From the human T2T-CHM13v2.0 reference genome, Homo sapiens: a stretch of 64,000 bases of DNA. The notes beneath the pieces were generated by a model. It was given only the letters and a program-made list of their open reading frames with translations, did not search any database and was not told the origin of the DNA. Position 1 is the stretch's first letter. Every line of letters begins with the position of its first letter. The stretch lies in NCBI RefSeq assembly GCF_009914755.1, contig NC_060931.1, one strand, 5' to 3'. A program made the position numbers and the translations under genes. Positions 41,345 through 53,275 of the stretch are shown one piece after another.

Positions 41345-41948
41345 TTGTGTCTACTGAGAAACCTATTAGGCCTCTGAAGAGGTTCTTGATGTAAAGTTTT
41401 CAGACCCCACCCAGGCACCTTTCTCCTTAGTATGAGCAAAGGTTATCACCTTGACCAAACGCTAGCAGGCTCCTCTGAGTTCTCTTGTTGACTAGGACTC
41501 AAGCTTACCTTTCTAGGTTGAACAAACACTAAGGCAGTTTCTAACAGCTCAACATTGTTTACTTAGGATGAGCCTATCCCCCACTTAAAGTCCAAGCCTG
41601 ATAAAGAATTTCCTGTTGTCCCAGCCAACACCTGGAGACCAGCATCCCGCTTTCCAGTCTCTGTGGGAGGGGAGGAGCCGAACTTCAATAAACACCAGTA
41701 AACAAAGCTAGATGGGTTTCACGTGGACTAACCTCGTTTCTGGATTTTTGTAATTTTTCATTTTCCTGAAAAACTATGGAATCCCAACTCACCTTCTCCC
41801 TGCTCCTTCATTCTCCCATTAAAATACCTAATCACCTCTGTACAGGTCATTGTTGAGCTTAGTTCACGTTGCACTCTTTTCCCTATTGTAATACTATATA
41901 TTAATTCTTACCATTTTATTTAGTGTCCAGCATTGTTTATCTTTCGCA
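41345..41948 (+). mobile_element. ERV1 MER4-group LTR (MER31/MER67-like)
   Basis: ttgaccaaac...caggctcctctgag...gactagg; ends gtgtccagcattgtttatctttcgca. Confidence 0.65.
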
Positions 41949-42067
41949 GCATTTCATAGCTACTTCTAATGCACTATATTCTCACTATTCATTGAACTAT
42001 CACTCTCACCCGCTATGCTGTGTTCTGTTTTGTACTCCGAGTCCTGAGGTCAGCCCCAGTATTGGGA

Positions 42068-42361
<294 letters not shown>

Positions 42362-42749
42362 TTACCTGACTGCTATGAACAGGGTCATGAGGAGAGACTC
42401 TAACACATTGCTTTAGTTTTGTTTCAACTTCCAAATCATAAGAGGGACATTACACATTGCATTCAATTCTATAGTGTAAAAATAAAATAAAAATATCAGC
42501 TTACTTTCCTTCTTTCTTAGTTTGTCGGTATCATTTTTAATTCTAATGTTTTGTTAAACCTCACACCTTCCTCTTTTGAATTTCTACTTCCTTTTAAAAT
42601 GGCAATTGCCTTTTTATTTTCATATCTTTTGTCTTATATTAGTAAGAGCATTTCTCTAATTATAACATGGGGAATTTACATGTGGGTTACAGGGGAGACT
42701 AGATTTTTACATCAAAATTAATTTTGTTTTATTTGCTCCTAATTTATAG

Positions 42750-42981
42750 GTGAAAATGTTATTTTACATGGAAACCTATTTTGTTCCATAAAACTAAATA
42801 AACCATAACCCAGAAGTGCAATGAGACACACACAGCATGACCACATTATTTCTGAAAGCTGAAGAGTTGCCAGTCTGTTGATCTCAAACTTCATGAACCA
42901 CACAGTTCAGTTCAAATTGTTTCCCTGAAATTGCTTTGAGCCTCTGCCAAACAGCCACTGAAGGACTCCGAAAAATACAAG
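42750..42981 (+). other. Candidate non-coding exon
   Basis: Acceptor ttttgttttatttgctcctaatttatag|g and donor caag|gtaagg in unique sequence. Confidence 0.3.
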
Positions 42982-44248
42982 GTAAGGAGATGGCACCTAA
43001 GAACATTTTTTTAAAAATGTTAACTCTGTTATTGAAGTTTATTTCATTGCTTTTATCAAAGAGACTGATGTCACATCAGACATTTCCTCACCTAAAGGTA
43101 ACACGCAATAATTGCCATGATAGCATACTATTCAGAACATGGAACCAAATGTGTGGCCTGCATGGGCATTCTTCCTTTGCCAATGAATTGCAAATGCTGC
43201 TTTCTATCTACAAGTGTACCAACGTTAAACATTAAATGTGGAGGTCTTATAGTGGGTTGATCTTTAGAAAATCAGGTCTCCTTTCTGTTTTCAGTTGCTG
43301 CCAGCATCACCTATCCACAGAATCAATGTTAATGATGTTAATGAAACCAGGCAATATATTAAAAGCTCTAGCCACAATCATTAACTCGAGTCTGGAGTAA
43401 ACCATGTATTCCAGGGCCCAGTATGCAGAGCGCCTGTGAGGTGTCAGCAAGCTGCAGATATCCAACAATGCTGTTACCTAAACTTCACTTTTGTGTGCCT
43501 GTCCTTGTAGGCATCCTCCACTCCACACCCTAAGCTAAACCATCACTTGTTGAACAGGGGCCCTGCCTCATGACTAGTATTTGGCCTTGAACTTCACACT
43601 CCGTTCCCTAGACACTGGCTGGAGCTTTGCTTCTAACTGAATGGGCCTTATCTTTCTCTTGCCTAGCACTAAAGCCCTAACATTGCCTGCAATTCCTATT
43701 GTCATACCCTCCCCACCAGATTCCAACCCCTGATAAATCATTCCTGGCCCAGAAACATAGTTCCACTACCCTGGGATATAATGATTTGGAATGCTGGTGA
43801 CTCACCCGACTTTTAGACCCTTAGTGCTAACCCCTTTGTTCTTTCTTACTTCTTTTTCCCTGACTTAAGACCCAGCATATGTCAAAGCAGATATGGTATG
43901 TAAGATAATGTCAGTGTGCAAAAAGCACTCATCGTATGAAGAAACTTAAGTGTATCTTTTAAGTCAATGCAAATAATCACCACAATTAATATGTTTTGTG
44001 GATTTTAACTTTTTTAATGAAAACAAACTTTTGCATTTTCTCTAATGAGAAAAAAGTATAGTTTCCTTTTGTTTTATTTATTTTTTCATCATTTGATAAG
44101 GCACAGGATCAAGTTATTCTTTTTGAGATGCCATAATATGCTAGGTATTGGAATGGCCAGCTAGCACTTGCATTGTATAGTTAACATTGTGCTATAAGCG
44201 TGGTTCTTTCTAAAAGCTTTCAGTACTGTTTATAGTTTGTGCTACCCA

Positions 44249-44262
44249 GTTCCCATGGTAAC
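44249..44262. promoter_or_regulatory. RFX X-box
   Basis: GTTCCCATGGTAAC fits GTYNCYATRGNAAC; a second imperfect copy GTTCCCATGGAGAAAC at 44269-44284. Confidence 0.6.
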
Positions 44263-44318
44263 GTGTTTGTTCCCATGGAGAAACAAAGTGAACACCTAAC
44301 CAGAGCTGAACTTGAAGA

Positions 44319-44352
44319 TATAAAACTTCACTCAGTAGATAATTTGCTCAGA
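44319..44352 (+). promoter_or_regulatory. Candidate TATA box and initiator
   Basis: TATAAAA at 44319-44325; TCA with A at 44350, 31 nt from the first T. Confidence 0.3.
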
Positions 44353-45614
44353 GGCTATTAAGGAGGAGAAGGAGAAAACAGAAGAACAGAAAATATATCT
44401 AGGTTTCTAGTTCCAGTTCAAAGTTAAGAAACTACTGATTTACTTTGACCTGCTATGTAACAAATCATTCTTGGTGTCATTATTTGCAACTTTAAGGAGA
44501 CCTTTTTTTTTTTTTTCTCAAAAGCAATTTTAAAAGTAACTACTTAGACAAAGGGCCCTTTTTAATGGTGATTTGATAGTTTATCTTAGCAATTTGGTCC
44601 TTGTAGTTGCAAACTGTATTTCCATATTTCAAGAATTTTTAGAATTTTCATAAAACCATCTAAATTCAAGTAAACTTGATTTCTTAAAAAAACTATAAAC
44701 TAAAGCAATAAGAATGTGAGCAAATGATCATAAGATTATCTTTAATGAAAACAGATTCTTTGCTTTCTTTAATGCCCAGAATTTTTCAAGCCTAGCTATT
44801 GCCAGTTTATGCCATTTGAAAAAAGCTTGAAAGCTGCAAAAGGATGTAAATTTAGCTGCTTTGGTTTAACGTGAGGAAAGTTGATAGCCTTTGTTAAGGC
44901 TGACGCTACCATGCCAAATTCCTAACAACGTTACAGCAGGACTTTGAATGCCAGTAAAATAATTCACATCCATTTGCAAGCTCCAGTCAAGTGGCATAAA
45001 CTCCACTTGTAGAAGACAAAGCAAAATGACTGGGCTCCTCCCGTGGCTCTGGCTCTTCACTCTGCTGCCGCCCTCCCTCCCGAATGTTGATGTTTTCTCC
45101 CCCCACTTTATAATCTAGACACTTGCTCCCTTTCCATTTGATACTACTTCTTTGTTTGCTGTTCTTCAGCCCTCTTTGTGCTTTTCTGACCTCCTTTTTT
45201 TCCATTCTGTGCCGCTGTTCCTGTTCTACATTTCATCATTTTTTTCTCCGGCTTCACTTTTGTGCATTACACTCTTCCCACTTCAATCTTTAGCCATTTT
45301 TGTATTGTCCCGACTTTCATTCTTCTTATTTACCTTTAGTTTATATTCTTTCTGACCGCCTTTTCTTCTTCTCTTTGCAGCCCCTCTATTAGAAGTTCGG
45401 CATTTTGCTCCAACTTAAAAAAAAAAATGTATTGTTGCTGGATGACATTCTTTTCTCACTCCTTCTGTGTATTATTTTTCAATAGTTGTTTAAATCCCAG
45501 TCCCACTGACTTCGTGCAAAGGATTATGATTAAAGCGATTTTGAGTATTTCTTTAATATAGTAAAATGTGAAAAAAAGTTGCCTTAGAAAACAGCATTCT
45601 AAATAGACTGCCTT

Positions 45615-45645
<31 letters not shown>

Positions 45646-46839
45646 ATCTGTCCCATTTGTAGATTCACAGGGAATAAAATCAATGAGATCTGCCAACTTC
45701 TATACTTGTCTACATCAGACATCATTCACCCCAATGAAATAGTGAAGAGTGGGACTCAAATTGGCAAGTCTATCCTGCTGAATTGTTGCCACTCAAGATA
45801 AAAATAACTTTCTCACATTGTATGGTCCACTAGCAAGCAGCAGAATAATGGTGTATCCCAAGATTAACTGTGGTTTCTGAAGCAATTATTGTAGGGAGAT
45901 GGAACAGAAAGGTTTTTTCTCTTACTTACTTTTGTGTGGTATTGGAGACAGGAGGCATGTCCATCATTTTATACTGCTTATTACATACGAAAAATCAAAT
46001 AATGAAAGCTTTCACAATACGGAGGTTTTCTCTAACCTCCTATCATCAAATAGGCATACACCTTGAATTGATTTTTTTTTAAGTTTTGGGAATTGGATGT
46101 TCATCTTTCTTTTATTGACTTTCATCTCATTTTCAAAAGTGTGCAATAGTATATTGCACGTGAAAGTAAATGGCCCACTAAGATTGAAATGCATTGCTTT
46201 GAACTAAAGAGATATAAATTCTAATATCTGAATTCTTCATGGCTATATACATGTATACTAAGTCCTTTTGCATAGTGGCTGACTCTTTACGCTTTTGGCA
46301 TATTTGAAGTTAAATTTTAATTCATATTACATTTATTAAGTACTAAGAAGACACACTCACCTACTATTTTAGAATTGTTTGTAAGTTTTAGGTCTTGTAA
46401 GTTTATGAAAACAACACTGACACACCATAATATATACTGGTTTCATAGCACTTAACAGATTTGGTAAATTTTACCTACAAGAAAATCAGTTCTTTGAGTT
46501 TTTCTTAGGTTACTGATTTTGCATTTAAAAGTTTTTACCTTGATTAAAGACTCCAGGTTTTCTGGGGGACTGTGTAGTTGACTTAAAAACTAACCACTAT
46601 TATACAAAATTTTAGTTGAGAGAAACTATCTGTGTCTTCTTTTTTTTATTGCTATGATTATAGAGCCAACACACACAATCATGTAGGTTGAGCCCTTCTC
46701 AACCTATGTGTGGGGCTTCATATATAGTGGGATTCATTTTGCAATTCCCACTGAAACTATGCCATGAGTTTGCTCATCAGATGGAAAAAAAATTTCTGCT
46801 TTGATAATGTCGAATGAAGTATTGCTTTACTCTGTAAAT

Positions 46840-47030
46840 GTATAAAATGTAACATTTTAGGGTTGAGGGGACACTTAGAGATCTTCTGGTTCTCCTCTTT
46901 GGTTTCATAGAGAAGGAAAATGCCCCCACAGAAATCATGACTCCTTACCACAATTTTATCACCATATATATACCCTAAGAGTCAAGATTAGAGATGGCTC
47001 TCCTGATCCCTGGCCTTGGGAATATCGCTT
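46840..47030 (-). mobile_element. MIR-like fragment
   Basis: ttttagggttgaggggacacttagagatcttctggttc...catagagaaggaaaatg...gattagagatggctctcctga. Confidence 0.55.
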
Positions 47031-47979
47031 TAAAACCATTCAAGGCGACATAGAAAATATTACATTTCTATCACATAATTCCGTAGATACAACCTTCTAA
47101 GTTTTTAGCTTAATTTTCTTCCTAGACAATTTTGTATTGTAAATTACTAGAGGACAGAAATAATTTCTGGATAATTCTGTGGGCAGCTTGCAATGTAATC
47201 CAGCAACATGCTAAGTAGGCTTTTTTTTGAGAAAGGATGTCACCATCTTCATTGATTAATGTAGTGGAAAATATTTAGAAAAGGAGCTGTTTCATGCTAC
47301 TCTGGCATCTATTTTGTGAAAGTATAATTTTGGAATATTGACATTAAATAACGGAACTAGAGTTTCTTAAGAATTACAATCTTTACTTTCCCATTAGTGT
47401 ATTGGGAAACTTCACTAGTTTATTCATCTTCTCTATGGAGGTTTTCTTTATTACTATCAACCCACACTTTCTCTTTTCTTCTTTTTTATTACTCAACACC
47501 AATGTGTGGTTTTTAATGAATTATTTTAATTTGTTCCTGTTCTCTTGCTGCATCTAGAGAGATTGTCAACTCCTTGTGTACTGAGGTTGTCGTTTACTTT
47601 GTTTTCGCTTCTCTATGATGCTGGGTGTGTATACAGCCATTGCTAAATGTGTACTACTTAAGGTGACAAGAATTGAGCTAGAAACACTTCATCAAAAAGT
47701 CCTGACTAATTAGAAGCAACTACCAAATGTAGTCTATATTGCCAAAAAGCCTTATCAAAAAGTGTATCATGAATCTAAATGCAAACAGAATTAATGGTTA
47801 ATGAGAAAATTTTTACATAAATATTACTCTAAAACAATATCTAATAGTGATGTCTAAAACTTTTTGAGTAGATTAATGCATACTGATTAAAAGAACAAAC
47901 AAGGAGTTGAAACGAGTGCATGTCATCACAAAATCATAATGCCTTTTAAAAAACATTTTATCCTTTTCTTTTTTTCTAG

Positions 47980-48099
47980 AACTGAAAGGGGCACATGGCA
48001 GATACAATCATAAACTTTCATTTCGGAGAGCAGTAAAAAAGGAGAAGAAGAACACACTGGTACTCCAACAAGTCATAGTTTCTGCCAGATGTTGCAAAA
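47980..48099 (+). other. Candidate 120-nt internal exon
   Basis: Acceptor tccttttctttttttctag, donor aaa|gtgagt; one frame open throughout. Confidence 0.4.
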
Positions 48100-49344
48100 G
48101 TGAGTTAGATAACTGACCTTTCTTCTGGGGCCTGTGTCAACTTTGAATGGAGCTTTCAATTGTACAATAAGCATCTGGACAGTTTTGACATCTTTATAAC
48201 ACTCTTTGAGTTCTTAAAAAGCTACCATTTTGTTTAAAGATGATTTATGTGAAGATTAAAACAATTACTTAAGTGCTAAGAATAATTAATCCTGTAACTC
48301 CATATCAATACCATTATCTTCCCAGAACTGGGTCTCTAACTACTAATCATAATCAAGACACCAACTGTCAAATCAAATCAAAATTAAAATTTGATTAATT
48401 ATTTGATGATATTAACATTCAAATCTAGTTCCTTCTTAGGCCTAATTTTGTCCTTATGTTTGCTTTGCACTGAATTATTGTGGTTTAAATAGCCCATTTT
48501 ACATGACAACTTTCAAACAAGAGCATAAATTCTCATAAAAACAGGCTAAGGAATTCATAATGATAGCTCTTGGCCGCCACCTAAAGGTTTATTTCTTGTT
48601 TTATTTTACATGAGACCTACTATGCATTCCTTTTATAATAAAATTGTTGTCTTGTCATCACATGTTTCTGCATAAGTACAGGGTAAAAAGACTTTTTCAA
48701 GTTTGTTTTTTCACCTTTATGTATTTAAATTAACAGCATATATAATTATATCTACTTTTCAATTCATTCAACACAACACACACAAAAAAAACCAGTTTAA
48801 ACAAGGTTCTTTTAAATGGTCAGAAAATTTTTATGCGTTTAAGAAATAGTGTGTTCTTATTATGTATCACCCCCACACCTAAGGCCCGTAATGAAAGAAA
48901 TTTAACTAAACTCACATTTACTGAACCACTGTTGAGTGTAATGTAATAGAAAACTCCTCAAATTCCATCAAGAACATTAACAGATATAACTTCTTCATTA
49001 CGCTTGAGAGTAAATGAGATACTATAATTAATGATTCTTGCTCCGTATCTTATTATCACTCCCTTTATTCTCCTCCTAAAAAGCACTTGATTGAATCAAG
49101 CTAAATATCTTCAACGCCTTACTTGGACTCTGACAAAGTCAACCTTGGAGAATGGATTTATGATATCATAGGGAAAATTAGTTATGAACTCTACAAACTT
49201 CTCATTTCAAAGCTCATATGGATAGAGCATCTATGAATCACTCAAATTCTTGTTAAACATATAGACAAGTTGCATTAGCACATGCACTTTCCAATATATA
49301 GTCCATGTACTTATCCTTGATTTATCTATAGAACGCCATTCATG

Positions 49345-50045
49345 ATTTTATTAATTCAAAAAATATTTACTAGGCACCTACTATGTGCCAGGCACCCATC
49401 ATTATCAGTGTTCAGTAAAGCAGACTGGTCTTTCCCTTCATCGATCTTGTGAAGGCAACAGAAAATGAACAAAAAAATAGGTAAAACATATAAAGATACT
49501 GGCTACAAAGGAACTGAATACCATACCATTATAGGGAATAATTCTGGGGAGACACAGACCAACAATAGGTAGGTAAGTCAAGAAAGGCCTCTCCTAGGAG
49601 ACAGTTTTTAAACTGGGACCTGAAGAATAAACAGCCGGCTCTGCCAAGAATAGAGAGGAAGAGGTGGAGGAAATTGTGTACGCAAAGGACAAATACTAAC
49701 AGAGGGCCAAGGGAACTAAAGCAGAGTGAGCCAAGGGGAGTGTCATGGATGGGATTAGAGAAGTAAGCAGAAACCAAATCATGCAAGGCCTTGAAAGCTA
49801 TGGTAAGGATTTGGGGTTTTATTTGAAAGAGAATGGAAAGCCATGATAGCAGGTTAAAAAAGGAAGTAAATTGATCTGTTGGCTGCATGAAGAAGGAATT
49901 AGAGGCAGCCAAGAGAAAAGGGAGATAGAAGTCTATCACAGAAATACAGATGGGAGAGATGATGCTGATGGTGACATGGACAAGGTGGTAGCAGTGGAGG
50001 CAAAAACAAGTGATCACATTTGTGATGCATTTTGGAGTGAGGCCT
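49345..50045 (-). mobile_element. L2 3' end
   Basis: ttcaaaaaatatttactaggcacctactatgtgccaggcac; minus-strand peptide IKPQILTIAFKALHDLVSAYFS matches the L2 ORF2 C-terminus. Confidence 0.88.
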
Positions 50046-51630
50046 TGGTGGATCAGATGACCCTGTGGTTCTGCTGTTCCTTCCCAGCTTGTTAGCATCT
50101 GCTGACATAACTTTGAAAAGCTGACATAGTTTTCCAAATAAGATTTTAAATCACACCCAAGCTTTTAATTCAGTTTTTTTAAATTTTAAAGAAAATATCT
50201 TAATAGAATGACCAATTTGTACATCGAGAAACACTTATTATATAGTATCTTCTGCAAATGAAATAGTCCACAAAACTAATTTTATAAATAATGGAAGTGT
50301 ATCTATTAAAAGCAAAAAAGCTTATTTTACTTTAACCACTTTGAAATAATTATTTTCTAAAATTGTTCAATATTTCCTTGATCTTTCAAACAGAATATAT
50401 TCAAAATAGTTAAGCTTCTCAAAAACTCAAACATATTGTGAAGAAACGTATATGAAACATACCTCTGTAGTATGTAGTATGGCTAAAAATAGTGAGAGGC
50501 AAAAATGAGTTTCCCCTACTCTGAAAAACTGAAAACTACCTTGCTGTGAAATCATTACATTTTTATTTTGTTGCCTCAGTTTCCCATAGTCCTTATGGTG
50601 CCTGACTGTCGTTATCAACTTCTGACTCATTCTAACACACTGCTTTACCTTGGCTGTAAGCTGGGAACCCTGCTATCAGAAATTCATGTAAGTTTATAGA
50701 AAAAGACTCTAAGTAAAGGGTATGAATTTTTGCATTCTATTTGGATTGCACAGAGGCCTTTTTACACTCTGCTTTCTCAAGTATAGTTTAGGCCATTGAA
50801 GCTGCTTAATCAGCAACATGTAAGTCAAGGAAATCTCCCTACATTAGCATGTTATTTCCTACAGTTTCATAATGCCCCTTGAAAACTGAATCCACATTAA
50901 TATATACATTATCATTTTTAAGTTTCTATAAAGAATCCTTCCTTGTGATACAACTTCAACTACATAATTATAAATGTTGACTTTTCATTTGATGCCTAAA
51001 GTATAGTTTTCAAATGTAACATAAAAGCATTTTATGGTAAAATTTGACCCAAAAAGTAGAATTTATGTGTCTCATAAAAGCATATAAAATTTGACCCAAG
51101 AAATAATTTCAAATTTCTTGACTCAGACTATAATATTATCTCTTTTCTTTTTTCATTTTGACATGGCATGGAAACAAAAACAGATCAAATGTCCACAGAA
51201 ACCCAATCAGCAACACTACTTTCAAAGTGTCTTTTGACAAGTAATATGTGCATTTTACAAATCCAAAGGCAATATTTGAAGTAGCTCTTCAAAACAGCTG
51301 CATTACTCAAAGCTATCTCTGTATCATCGCCTTGTTTCCTGGAAGAAAATGTGGAAATGTGTACTGAAAATGTGTAAATGATTAAAGCATCAGTATAAAG
51401 AAAAAACATTCTGAAGATGAATAAAAATTATTTTGAGGGCTTGTTGAAAAACCAAACACCAGATGTCCACGGCTGACTTGCCAAATGAAAATCCTTGAAA
51501 GAAAGGTCCAGAAATTGGCATTTCAAATGAATATACCCCAGCTGATTGACACAGGTGTTCCTTTGAGCAATCCTGGATAGCACTGTTGTAGACCCTAGGT
51601 AAGCAATTGTGTGATCTGCTTTTTCAACTT

Positions 51631-52155
51631 TGTGGTAGATTGTATTTTCCAAAGATGACAGCACCAGTACATACCATCCTATATGCTCTTCCTATAAGGT
51701 GACATTGACATGTCTCCACCAAATGATGGGATTTACGTTACCTCTTCTTGGACCCGGGTGAACTTTTGACTACAGTAGAAGTGACACTATGTGACTTCTA
51801 AGGCCAATTCATAAAATGCAATACAGCTTCCTCCTGGCTCCCTTGGGATGCTGGCCCTAGGAAACCAGCCACTATGCTGTGAGAAAGCCAAGCAGCCACA
51901 TGAAAAGGCCACATGTAGGTCTTTCAGTCATAGATCCAGTTGAAATCTCCATTGACAGCCAGCCTTTAACCACTATGTTAGTGAGACTTTAGATAATTCT
52001 AGCCCCCAGCTTTTGGGCCACCCCAGTAGACAAAAGACAAGCTCTTTCACCCAACCCTGGCCAAATTTCAGATTTGTGAATACAATTTATGTTGTCACTG
52101 TTCTAAGCCACTAAATTTTAAAGTGGTTCGTTACATAGCAATAAATAACAGAACA
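51631..52155 (+). mobile_element. MaLR LTR (MLT1G/H-like)
   Basis: tgtggtagattgt...agaagtgacactatgtgacttctaaggc...taagccactaaattttaaagtggttcgttacatagcaataaataacagaaca. Confidence 0.88.
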
Positions 52156-52317
52156 AATTCCAAATGCTTCCACATCTTCTTCAGATAAAATGTAAAGCCC
52201 CACGTAAACCTTCATGCATTCCAGTTTGCATTTAAGGATTTCATATTCTATCCAGCCAGATCCACCCCCAGCCCAGACTGACTTACTGGGTCCTGCTTTA
52301 GTTAATTGGCTAAGTCT

Positions 52318-52535
52318 GCAGTTCTCAATCAGGAGAGATTTTGCTTCCCACAGAACATTTGGCAATGTCTGGAGACATTTAATGGTTGTCACAACTGGGG
52401 GGAAGGGTACAACTGGTATCTAAATGGTTAGAAGCTAGAGGTGTGGCTAAACATCCCACCGTCCACAGCACGACCCCTCCCCTGCAACAAAGAACCATCA
52501 AAGCCTAAATGGGGGCCAAGGTTGAGAGACTCTGA
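52318..52535 (+). mobile_element. MER20
   Basis: cagttctcaatc...acatttggcaatgtctggagacattt...gttgtcacaactggggg...gccaaggttgagagactctg. Confidence 0.9.
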
Positions 52536-52685
52536 CCTAGCTCTGGTCCCCAGCAATGAGGTACTCGGTTTTCACGAATGTCTTCATCATCATGAAGGTT
52601 GAAGGTTCTCAACCAGGAATTAAAGAAATAGTGTGTGCTGGGGGAAGGGGAGGTTAGAATATCAGGATTTTCAACCTACACTACT

Positions 52686-53040
52686 GCTACAGCCTAGATG
52701 TTTGTGTCCCTCCAGAATTCATATGTTGAAATCTAATCCACAATGTGATGATATTAAGAGGTGGGGCCTTTAGGATGAGATTAGGTTATGAGGCCTCCCA
52801 CGAATGGGATTAGTGCTCTTTTAAAAGAGGCTTGAAGGAAACTTTTTTTCCCCTTCCATCATGCAAGGACAGAGTGAAAGGGCACCATCTCTGAGAAGCA
52901 GGCTGTCATCAGACTTTGAATCAGCTGACATGTTCATCTTGCATTTTTCAGGCTTCAGAACTATGGGAAATAAATTCCCGTTGTTTATAAAGTATCCAGG
53001 CTAAGGATTTTTGTTATAGCAGACTAAATGGACTAAAACA
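52686..53040 (+). mobile_element. MaLR LTR (MSTD/MLT1A-like)
   Basis: tgctacagcctagatgtttgtgtccctccagaattcatatgttgaaatctaa...ttgttatagcag...ggactaaaaca. Confidence 0.9.
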
Positions 53041-53049
53041 AGTAAGCGT

Positions 53050-53275
53050 GTGGTGTTCAACCATGGCTACAAATTAGAATAAGTTGGCAAGGGTTTTTTT
53101 TGTTAGTTTGCTTGTTTTTTTTGTTTGTTTGTTTTTTTGTTTGTTTTTTTTTTTTTTCAAATATCACTGCTCAACCCCCAACTCTGGAGATTCTGATTTT
53201 AGAGATACTGGATGCTAGTATTTTTTAAAAGCTTCTTAGTTTATTTTAATGAGTAGCTAAGCATGAGAACTGAGG
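53050..53275. mobile_element. MER5B with internal T-rich expansion
   Basis: gttcaaccatggctacaaattagaat...gagattctgattt...tttttaaaagct...gagaactg. Confidence 0.7.

Noticed and set aside
46680-46755. Two adjacent hairpins as an H/ACA snoRNA or pre-miRNA
   Set aside because: Stems too short, total length too small, no properly placed ACA box
51185-51409. Minus-strand acceptor near 51340 with an open frame (KQGDDTEIALSNAAVLKSYF)
   Set aside because: No good downstream donor and no recognisable protein similarity
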